From: Tubulanus polymorphus
Taxonomy: Eukaryota > Animalia > Nemertea
Assembly (NCBI RefSeq): GCF_964204645.1
Contig: NC_134026.1
Coordinates: 17,580,150 to 17,644,149 of the forward strand
DNA: 64,000 nt
Reading direction: 5' to 3'
The notes beneath the pieces are model-generated. The model had not been told where the DNA came from and did no database searches. It saw nothing but the letters and a program-made list of their open reading frames with translations. The translations under genes and the position numbers were made by a program. Shown here in pieces: positions 12,470-24,000 of the stretch. Position 1 is the first letter of the stretch. Every line of letters begins with the position of its first letter.

Positions 12470-14699
12470 TTTTACTATACAAATGGAGCGAATTTAAATG
12501 ACATGGTTTCCACACAAAAGGCTCTTTTGCTTGCCAAGTGAGGGCATTTTCGAACAAATCACGTATTCGAACAAATCACGTATTTAAGCGTAATCCATTC
12601 TCGGAATCGTAGCGAGCAGAGTTTTGAAATAGGGTCTCATAAAAATGTTTTCTGCATTTTTCACGAAAGTTAAATCGGGAAAATTTCAATTTTTATCAGC
12701 CAATCAGGAAGTTGTGTCTTCCCTGTGATTGGTTTATCTGAAAATATCAGCAGCTGTTCACGTGAATTATCGCGATTTCATTACTGGCGCTTTTGCGCAT
12801 GACGTCATGTATCAACACGTGACAATACTTCCGCGTTCGCTACGTGTTCGCTGATTGGCCCATTTACTGGGAAATTCCACAGAAGCCTAATGTGGTTTGT
12901 TACAAGCGCTGTGATTGGCCCGACCCGATTCTGGCATGGCTTTAGCTTAGTGGGTTCGAATCCCTTGACGGGTGAAGATGATGGATCCTATCAATATCTA
13001 TTGAAACAAATAAGTTTCCCGGTTGGGCAGCCGCGGATATCTACCGGAAGTTTTCCGGTTCGATATTTCGAGGTTTCTTTGAATTTTGGAGTGATATATT
13101 GAAATCCGGTAAATACCAGCGGTAGATTGTGAAAACCCATTGCATGATATTTGTATTACTTAATCAACGAAAAGCGTCGGGGCCGCGCCAGGAGTTTTCG
13201 TGATTCAAGTAGCGCAATAGCCTACTTCTTCGTGTTCGTCCACCTCAATTTTCACTCCGCCGATCTCTGACACGGCTCTGTCCCCGTCGGCGCTGTGATT
13301 GCACTTTCGTACCACCAAAATTTTTTATTTCTATATCAGGGTCAGGGAGGTCTGGAGAATAAAAAAGTCAAAATTTGGATATCACATAGGCCTGATTTCA
13401 TCGAATAAGTCGACCATGGTCGTTACGTTTCCGTACTTATTACCACCTAAAACCGTCTGAACAATTTTGTCACAACCAACATTTCGTTTACAGAAATCAG
13501 GTGTTCACGTGAATCCGCGGTATCGTCTACTGTTTTACTTCCGGGTTTTATTTTAAGATTTAAAATTGTATTTCAAGATCGATTTCTATGAAATCTTTAG
13601 TTGATTTGGTGTTTGGGAGGAATTTTTATTTGCTCTACAGAAAATTCATCCTTGACAATTGCGCAAGGTTCGCGAAAAAAAGGTTTTACCAAATCGGGTG
13701 TATGACCTTGATATGCTAATTAGCCATGTGCCCGAATTGCAAATTCAATCAAATTTTATTTTGTCAAAAAATGTTAAATACAATTCGCTTTCCGAGAGTT
13801 AATGGTATGCTGCATGAAACAAAGTTGTTTTGAGATGGGTCTTGAAGCTATTGAGGTCGAGAGATAACCATCTAGATAGTTCGTGAGAGTTCCAAAGTTT
13901 TGAAGACGCTTCAAGGTAATGTCTTGATATTTGTTTTATACGTGTATCTACCCTAGACACATCTTCAGGCCAAAAACTGGCCCTGTCAGATTCAAGATGG
14001 CCGACTGTTGTTCGCCAAAATCAGCACTTTTTACACATTTTTGAAGTTTTCGAGGGAAATTTTGAAGACACTTTTATCAATAACCTTGATCATTCGTATA
14101 TATTTGTATCCCCGAGGGCCCATCGGCATGAGAAAAATTGAGTCGATCGGACTCAAGATGGCCGTACTGTGACCTTTTTTGTTCCCAAAAATGTCAATTT
14201 TGGCCTGAATTCTGAGTACTGTAGCTTTCTAATGGTGCGCCATGTTTCATTGCAATTTGTAATGGGTATTCATTGGAAAGGGATCTTTTATATCCGAGAG
14301 GGTATTTTTGACCAGGCAATTATGACGCACTGGCGGCCATCTTGGGGTCATCAGTACTCATTCGTAGGTGGAAAAAAGTTTTTCCACATCATAATTGATA
14401 CTTAAGCATATTTTGCTACTATAATCAATTGGAAAGTTGTAGCTCATGACATGTTCTATGATCGAGGTGAGTTTCAAGCTCATTGGTTTTTTTTTATGGC
14501 CACCAGGGGCGTTGAACAATACAATAACTTAGTATTTCTATATTACATTCGTTCCTGCTGTCTGTGTTAACACACGATTTTACTATGTAAATGATATTGA
14601 GCAGGGAGTGTATATTGATAAATATAACCCACAGATTACATCATTTATAAAAAGCAAATCTGACAGGCTGGCCATTGTGCCCCTTGGGGCTCTTGTTTG
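12470..14699 (+). mobile_element. 2.2-kb HINE-like element (family B), copy 1, nested in a family-A HINE; lacks its own 5' subTIR
   Basis: Near-identical to 49942-52170; 3' end ggctggcc + hairpin gccccttggggc + tcttgtt. The outer family-A sequence lies at 9115-9128 and 12439-12468 and resumes at about 14700-14945. Confidence 0.8.
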
Positions 14700-15155
14700 T
14701 TCATTCTTCCATAGGTGAAATTCAGTTATTTTGGGAAGTTTTGAAGATGCTTCAATGGATTGACACTTTTATCAATTATTTTGATATTTCACATATATTT
14801 TTATCTCCCCATTTAACCTTTTTTATGCCCATAAAGGTCATTTTGGCCTACTTTGAGAAATATTTATACTTTGAGTATGGTTCTTAAACATCAGACAGAT
14901 TCCTTTGATCAGTCTAGCATGACGCAATTGGCAGCCATCTTTGTGCCATCATTCCTCGTTTGTAAAAGGGTTTATGGTTGGAGACCATAAGGCATCGTAG
15001 CTAATGTCTATTTCAATCTGACGTGAGAGCATACCGGGTGGCGTAGCTCGCTCATTTTTGGTAGTACATACCTGATAAAGGTCTTAGTAGGACCAGGAAG
15101 GACACAGGCAGTCGACCTTAAACATCGTTTTTTAATCCACTTTAAACTGTATTAA

Positions 15156-15352
15156 AGGATATCCAAAAAATCTTTATTGAAAGGGGTTCACGAGAGAAAA
15201 GAGACTCCATGATTTGAAAGTTTAACAATATGTCTCCATGCCTACCAACTGAAGTATGGTATGTAGGCATGGAAACATATTGTTAGACTTTCAAATCATG
15301 GAGTCACTTCTCTTCATTTAACCCCTTTCAGTGAAGTCTTTTTGGATATCCT
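15156..15352. mobile_element. Foldback MITE (Kolobok-like: ttaa/tcaa flanks, AGG...CCT ends)
   Basis: Nearly the whole element is one hairpin with about 90-bp arms, aggatatccaaaaa...tttttggatatcct. Confidence 0.7.
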
Positions 15353-15764
15353 TCAACAGTGAGTTTTTTCATCACTGATTTAGTCTACACGCATAGACCC
15401 TTATATATCGTTATCATACTACGGAAATCTGTGCGAAGCGATCAATAGAGAACGTACAGTATAATTATCTCACGCTTGCTGTAAAAAAAAACAAACACAG
15501 ATGAGACTAGGAGACATGCGCTGCACGTGTATTTTAATTTAAGAGATGCAGAACAAAAAGAATGGATCGAAATATTTGCTTGTGCCATCTCTCTGTGTTA
15601 CCGGTACTTTAAAAACTTGAATGTACTGTTTTATTTACATTGAAGCAGAAATTGTATTTGGTCACGTACAAAACCCACAAATTGCATGTCATGGCTGGTC
15701 ATAGTGCTCGATAAGGCTCTTATTGAAATTTCCTTCCTTAGTAACTTGTCTCAGAGAAGATTAA

Positions 15765-16061
15765 CCTCTTCACTATGGCAGAAAATGTACCTCACCAATG
15801 GCATTCGAACCCAATGGCATCATTCAATTCAAATCAATTCGGTACTAGAGGCTGTTAAAGGTATTAATCCCCCATCTATGAGTAAAAATTTGGACTAACT
15901 TTAAGCGGACAAGCATATAGTACGGCTACACACCAACGGGGTAATGACTCACCATGCCAGCGATTGTAGTAACCACATATTTGCGATGTAAATATACGTC
16001 ATGCATGGCGAGAGGTCATTATTTGCGACGTAAATATACGTCACCAGTGGTAATGAAGAGG
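15765..16061. mobile_element. piggyBac-type MITE
   Basis: ttaa|cctcttcact ... aatgaagagg|ttaa; internal duplicated atatttgcga.gtaaatatacgtca. Confidence 0.7.
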
Positions 16062-16409
16062 TTAAGTATTCCTCAAGATCCGTGGCAAGTTAAGCAAGTC
16101 ATTACCCAGTCTAAATGTTTTCATTAGGGGAAGCTTGATATGAAATATATCCAGTTTAGCACGTTTGCCTGCATTTAAGAATATTTTGTTATGCCTACCA
16201 TAATTTCAATCAATGGCAAAGTTGTAATATGATCATTTTGATATTATTGGTTTCTGGATACATTGATAAGGAAGCATTGAATTCTTACAGTAAGGTTATC
16301 AACCATTTCAGTACGACTTCGGTTCCCTAATCGGTATGATGTCCAATCCCTAGTACCCCTAGTTTCACTTTTAACTAGTTATTTTCTGATATGGATGGTT
16401 TCTTTGCAG

Positions 16410-18076
16410 CCCCAGAAGGAAACAGTTTTAAGATCATGAAGGAACGTGTCTACAAAATAGTGAAATCTCATCATCCGGAACAGATTCAGCATTGTCACTT
16501 GTGGCGAGAATATACTAATAAATTTGGTCCAGTCGCAGCGAAAGATTTTAATATCAAAATGATGAAGAACATTTATCCTAAAATAAGTGACATTGTTACC
16601 TATGATGAGAAAAAGAAATTAGTATCATTAGTGATAAAACGTACAGATTCAGAGAGTAGTTCATCATCCATGGAATTAAGTCCAACTACAACTCTCACAG
16701 CATCAAAACCTGTTGGTTATTTTGTACGAGGAGGAACCATATCTGGATTCATACCATTTCAAGCACCAACCTTCATAAACCAATCTGTCGCAGCAACATC
16801 CTGTCTCTTACCACCGGGAATACCATCATCAGCTTTACTGGGCTCCCCATTGCACATGGGTAGTACAACAGCATCTCTCTTACCACCAGGAGTACCCGCA
16901 TCAGCTCTAAAGACAAATCCGTTGCAGAAAGATAGTTCAACAGCATCTCCTTTTACACAAATAGGCTCAGTATCATCTTCGATGGCAAAAAACAATACAT
17001 TGGCATCTCCCTTATCATCAGAGGTACCAGCTTCAGCTCACAAAACATATCCATCGCAGGCAGATACCGTTAGTACATTAGCATCTCCTTTTACACAAAC
17101 GGGTCCAGCATCAGCTTGGGCAACAATAAATGTCAAACCAGCATTTCTTTTACCACAAGGGGTACCTGCATCAGCCCTACAGCGTTCATCATTGCATACG
17201 GGTTATAAACCAACATCTCTCCAACCATCATCGCCATCGACACCTGACTCTAGTCGACCCGTTGCCTGTGGCATTAATGATATGTTGGTATCTCAACAGA
17301 ATAAAGGTGAATCTGATAATAGCAAAAATACTGCTCGAAAGAATAGGAAGAGTAGTGTTGACAGTATTCCTGACTTGGAATACATATCATTTGATGACAC
17401 ATCATCGCCTTTGAAGGTGATTTCAACTTCAACGCAAACAATAGGACCACCAAAGTGTTTCAATTATGAACCTATACGCTCCTTGTCAGAAGAGATGACT
17501 TGCTATAGACAACAGCACCACATCAATCGAGATCAGTTAAATGCAATAGCCGAAGATTGCATCGCACGGCTTTCTGAAGCAAATCAATTTGTATCTTCAC
17601 ATCTTGTTGAACAGCATCTTTTACAAAGGATTCAGAGATATCATCTCCGCGAAGTGGGTCTACGAAATATTACAGACTTGGAATGTGTCCGAAATTTGAA
17701 TCGAACCCAAGGAAAAGTTAGTGCATATATCCAGGCTTACATGATGGTGCGATCAATTGCCACTTTGCATGATCTTCAAGATTGCATGAAGGAATTTGTC
17801 CAAGGGGAAGGCAACTTTAGAGATCTTCAACTCGGACCACTTGCCCGACAGCCGCTTGTTTATCAGTACTTCAAAGTGAGACCTAGCGAAGCTGAACCAT
17901 TTGAAATTTCAACTCTTGATGTTATAAAGCATCTACGTGACTATTGCACAAAGAATAGTTTATGGAAGGAGAGAGTCACTATGGAAGGTTTCATGTCACA
18001 TTTGTTAGAAGTCAACCATACTGCTGATCCTTATGAAATGGGAGTTGTAATTAAGAGTTTACCTTTAGCTATGCAG
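16410..18076 (+). CDS. Large exon of NOV-like gene: N-terminal helical domain, Ser/Pro-rich repeat linker, NOV N-terminal region
   Basis: 574-aa open frame. Acceptor tttctttgcag ends at 16409; donor cag|gtcagt at 18076. The ORF-track ATG at 16391 lies in the polypyrimidine tract and is probably intronic. Confidence 0.85.
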
Positions 18077-21000
18077 GTCAGTTTATTTCAATTTTTAGCC
18101 CACTTGGGACTTTAGTCCCAGCAAGCTATTGCGTTCATTTTTCGTCCGTCATCCGTCTATTGTAGCGTTTGTCTGTCCGTAGACGGAATCCACTTATTTT
18201 GGGAAGCTTTGAAGACGCTTCAATGTAATGTATTGATATTTGGGTTACACATGTATCTACCCTAGACCCAAAAACTGGCCCTATCAGAATCAAGATGGCT
18301 GACTGGCAGCCATTGTTGTTTGCCAAAATCAGCACTTCGTTTGCATTTGGTCTTCGTTTTACACATTTTTGAAGTTTTTGAGGGAAATTTTGAAGACGCT
18401 TTGACCAACCTTGATCTTTTGTTTAAATTTGATTCCCCCAAGGGCCCATAAGCGTAAGAATAATTGTGTCGATCGGACTCAAGATGGCCATCCTTTGACC
18501 ATTTTAGTTCCCAAAAATGTCAAATTTGGCCTGAATTCTGAGTCCTGTAGCTTCCTACTAGTTTGCCATTTCTCATTGCAATTTTTGATGGGTATTCTAT
18601 GGAAAGGGATATTTTATACATGAGACAGGTATTTTTCATCAGCCAATTATGGCACAATAAGCGGCCATCTTGGTGTCATCAGAACTCATTCGTAGGTGGG
18701 AACAAGTTTTTCCACATAATGTTGATACCTAAGCATATTTTGTTACCGCAATCAATTGGAAAGTTGTAGCTCATAAATTGTTCTATGATTTTGGTGAGTT
18801 TCAAGGTCATTGGTTTTTGTATATGGCCACCAGGGCGCGTTGAATAATTCAATAACTTAGAATTTCTATATTATATTTGTACCTATGCATATTTTGTTAC
18901 TACAATCAATTGCTAAGTTGTAGCTCATGACATTGTCTATGATTGTGGTGAGATTGTGGTGAGATTTAAGGACATTAGTTATTCTATATGATCACCAGGG
19001 GACGTTAAATAGTAGAATAACTTAGTATTTCCTTGTTATATTGGTACCTAGGCATATTTTGTTACCATGATCAATTGCAAAGTTGTAGTTCATGACATGT
19101 TCTATGATTGTGGTGAGTTTCAAGGTCATTGGGTTTTGCATATGGTCACCAGGGGGTGTTGAATATTAGAATAAATTAGTATTTCCATATTGAATTGGTA
19201 AGAAGGCATATTTTGTTATCATAATCAATTATAAAATCGTAGCTGCTGACATGTTCTATGATTGTGGTGAGTTTCAAGGTCATTGGGTTTCGTATATGGT
19301 CACTAGGAGGCGTCGAATATTGAAGTTGTTAGATTGTTGAGCATTGGAAACCACTTCCCAAGTGGGCATGATGTCCCTGGACCCCTAGTTCATATCATTA
19401 CCAAATTGTTCATTTGTTTGACATTTCACTATTTGATTACCAGGTCTTGAAGAAAGCAACCAGAGATGAGGCTAAAATGGTCCGTGAAGCATTCACTATG
19501 TTTCAAGATGAACTGAAAGAAGATATTCAAAGTGCGTTTCGAAGCTTTCGAGACAAATTCCTGTCAAAGACTAAGAAGAGTTCATCTGAATATGAAATCC
19601 GACGCGGATATTTAGAGATGAGTTCACAAGAGTTATTGTCTGATCTGAATGGCAAACTTACACTTCTTATGGCTTCCCTTGCGGCGAAAGATAACAGTCG
19701 CAGTTTACGTCGCAGTCGTGATGTCTTGACTGCGTATATAAAACAATTGCGTGAAGATGAACTGTTGAGAGATGTCATGCAGTTAGCAATATGCGTCGGA
19801 AGTCAAGGCTTTACCGATGACATTCTTGAAAGATTGTTCCCGACTAGAGGTATTCAAGAAGAATATAATGAAGAAAGAGAGTTGCATCCAATGTTACCTC
19901 CACCTCCATTAGGTACTTTGAATCAAACATCATACTCTTCGTTTCAGTCATTCTTCACAAATAGTTTACTGCTCTGTATATTTAACAGTACGTAAGTCTG
20001 ATTGAACCCATGGAGCCCGAAGACCATCCCATTTTTTTTATTCATATAAACCAATTCAGTCTCGTAATACATTCTATGCAATCGTACTGTTTATTGCAAT
20101 CATGCCAGCTATATACTTCAATTTATGATAGATCCATTATGTTTTAATTTTCGATATGTGCTTTTCAGAAAAGTTGCTTGAGAGTTTCACTCGGTATTTA
20201 AGTCGATGCACTAGCCAAGGAACATTGTCATTGACGATGTTGAGCAAAGTAGAAGAAAAACTGTGTGAAGATTTCAATCGCGGGCAATTCAGTTTGATGG
20301 GTTATGGTTCATTCCTGCAGTTTCTCCACTCACAACCAGACGCTAAACGAGTGAGTCATTCATACATAAAAGATTCTTTAGTTCTCGGTGTGGATTATAT
20401 TTATTAAATAACTCTATTCCATTTTGTCCTGGAATGAAGAAGGTCATGAAATTTGCTTCAGATGCCACCTTAATTTAAGATGTCTATACATGGAATTCCG
20501 TATAACTAGGTGCAGTGGATGTATGTTCAGCAATCAAGCTATTTTGAGGGTATTTGTTCCTTTTGCAGATATTTGAAGAATTAGGAGGATCTAGCTTAAC
20601 AGTTGGTCATGGACATTCAGCCAGCCATTCCATATATCATGCAACATTAAATGATGTCTTGGATTTAATGAGTCAATGTGGTTTCAATGACAGGTCTAAG
20701 GTGATATTGATATACATTCTATGGTCGACACCATTTTCATGGTTGTTCAAAAATGTGCTAGTGCTCAGCCATGCATAGTGTATCATTGCATTTCAATAAT
20801 CTGTACTCGAGCAAACGTCGAGGTCTACCAACCTCCCAAAAATTAATTACAATTACAGTTAATGAATAATTAACCCTCAAGCTTCGGTAACACATTTTCT
20901 GAGACACCCTTTATTATTGTAATTTTCTTAGATTTCTGCGGTTATGCAGAAATATTCCCTGATCCAAGATGTCAATGCTACGAAGTGCTTAGTTCACTGG

Positions 21001-24000
21001 TGACCAAAAGGCCATCATATTTTAACTTATAATATGTGATACGATTATAATGTATGGTTAATTTTAACTGTTCAGCCATCAGTGCAAGCGAGTTACACGG
21101 CCAACTGGCCCTTAATTTTATGTCATTTTCTCTATTTTATGTCATTTTCTCTTGATATTATGAACATTAAATGACACTGACCAAAATTAAGTCCATTTTA
21201 AGTTATTTTTTTCATGATGATTTTGGCAAGGAAATCCTTGAAACGAATGTGGTTTTCATTTTTTAGAATGATGTTATTGAATCTGCTATTTGTGATCATT
21301 ATCGTGTGGAAAGTATCCAGACTCTAGGGTTTGGCCCGATGGGTAGCGTTCTCGCAAAGGGGGAACATCACATGAAGAAGAACCGTGATCCGAATGTCCT
21401 GTATGAATGTTCTCTATGCCCAGATATTAGGTTTGTGTCTGGTCATTTACCATGTTTTGCGATAATTCCTTACAACGATGTGAGATATTTTTTCAACTTC
21501 TTACCTTTTCTTTCAGCCAAGCTTACTTTTCGCCAACTACAAGTAAGCAAGTTGGTATCTTAGGTCAGCAGACAAAAGAGAGAGCATTTGCTTGCCTGTC
21601 GTCTTGCCCACTATTGGTTGATCTTGATGAATGGTGTAATTGGTCACTTGTATTCCAGCCTCAACGAGATATTGGACCATTGAAACATTTCATACAAAAA
21701 TATGGCAGTTCTCATGGTATGTATTAAATGAATACATGTACAAGCAATAGGTGTCATGGTTCTTATGCTCAGGCTCAGGCCCACCGTGCGTCGGTTCCCA
21801 TTGCATTTTGGATATGTTGTATCTAGAGCCAATAGCTAATTTTTGTAAAGACAACTTTTTGAATTTTTACCCCTCTGAGTTAGGTCATCTTCATGGTCAT
21901 GTCGCTGAAAAACAGTTTTTAGTTAGTGTCTAGTTCTGCCTCTAGGTGGTGCACTGAACCCATTCTTTACATTGCACAACTAGACCTCCTTACTAACATT
22001 GCACTTAAGTTTCATCAAGATCGACCCACTTTTAACAGAGCTAAGTAGCTGGAAGGCGCATGCGCACGCACATACACATTCCATTTGATCTAATTCAAAA
22101 TCATTTACTAAGTAGGCTATTTTGTAGGAAACCCTCTTGTGTTTAGGAAATTCCTTATGTGATCAGTTTGCCAGTTGATGCCGGTTGATTTCCAATTTGG
22201 TTGACAATTGTTTTAAGTTGTTTTAAAGTCAGTTATTTAGAAATTGCCTAAAACTCTGCTTTAGAAAGGGTGTCTTGTTTGGGATTAAATCTGGTTAAAA
22301 ATAGTGGTGTAGTTTGCTATGCCCTTTCGAGAAAATGCTCTCCATGCTGTTTACGTAACATCACACATCACATGTTGTCAATGATGTAGGTCGATCGACA
22401 GAAGTGTCATTCTTAAACCGATCATTGTGTCATCGTAAGTATACCTTATGTAACCTGGAGTTGACCCCGGAAAAATGTTCAAAAGTTTTAAGTCTATGCA
22501 GGGCATAATAAACAGAGAGTGGTTGAGCAGAAAGTTATCGTGGCCAATTTCTGATTTATGCCCTCATTTCTGTGGGTTAGGGCTTGGGAAATTTTATATC
22601 GCCAGGATCAATGAATAACACTTAGTTTTAATGGTAATCTATAAAAGAATAAATTTATTTTAATATATTTGAATTTCTGGTATTTATTTTAGGCATGCCC
22701 AATGGTTGTTTTAATGAGAAAAAAACTAGTTTATTGATATCGCTTTACTAGACTTGAATTTGCATATTTGATACCCTAGTGACTCCCATCTTGTTTTATG
22801 GGTGTGAATCATGGTCGATCAGAAAAAAGAGAAATAGCAGTTTTCCAATTGAAGAAACTTTTGAAAAATATGATGACCTTAATGAACTTCTATTCAAATT
22901 TTGCAAATTTATACTTAAGGTCAATAGAAAAACCTCCAATACTGCAGCTGTTCAAAAAGATTATATATCTGCCTTGTCCAGACTAAGAGTCAGCGCTCAT
23001 CCACCACTTATTGAGAGGGGTAGGCATTGAAAAATGCCCAAAGCAGATAGACTTTGCACCATATGCAGGGAAGTTGAGACTGAATTTCATTTTATTATGG
23101 TGTGCTCTAGATGGGAAAATCTGAGAGATGAACTTCATAGCAATATTTGTAACATATTCCCCAACATTCGAAGTCTCGACAAGGACGACCAATTCGGGAT
23201 TTTACTTTCTAATCATCTATTAGCTCGTTACGTAGGCAAATTTGTAGACCAAGGATTTAAAGCCTTGCACACGATCTTATTCTATATCCACTTTTTTCCA
23301 TACATGTGAATATTTTGAAATTTGGTAACTTGCATTAGTGTTAATCTTTTTTCTATTTCATTGTTATCCTATACCTACAGAGAAATTTTATATACACCAC
23401 TTTTCTTTTGTCAATTTTATTCTGTTTTTCAACAATTGTGCGAGATTTCATGATAAATAAATATTGAATTGAATTGAATTATTAGGGATTACCCCATAAT
23501 AGTGTATATCCTATGAAAGCTCTTTTCACAAGCTTTTGAGTGATACCAAGTTTGCAAACTGGAGGTTACCTTCAGATTCTGACCCCTTGGTCAGTGACCC
23601 CCCAAGGTCATCCAGATTGTCAGGCCAACCATGCACTATCATCAGGATCATCCCAAGAGAATTTATCATCAGAATCTTTCATTCCTATCTCCAATATCAG
23701 CCAACCTCACTAGGGAGCATCTTTAGTGTATTGGCCATTATTACTAACGATCTTGTCAACTTCAGTAATCTGACCCATAGTAGGCCTATACATATTCCAG
23801 AATAGCATATAATCCGTAAATCTGAAACAAGGCGGTACAGAATACATTTAATTGAAGCCTGCTATACATAATGTATGTTTATGTTCATATAATGTCTTTA
23901 TATGAAAATTATATGATTGATATAATTTCAGACATCATGGCATTAGAAGTAGGGCCAGGCGTTCTGATTAAAATCACATCGACAACTTCAGTCGAACTTT

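Noticed and set aside
12935-12970. tRNA gene (GGTTCGAATCCC)
   Set aside because: Only a T-loop/B-box-like word is present; no cloverleaf or anticodon arm can be built, and it lies inside a repeat.
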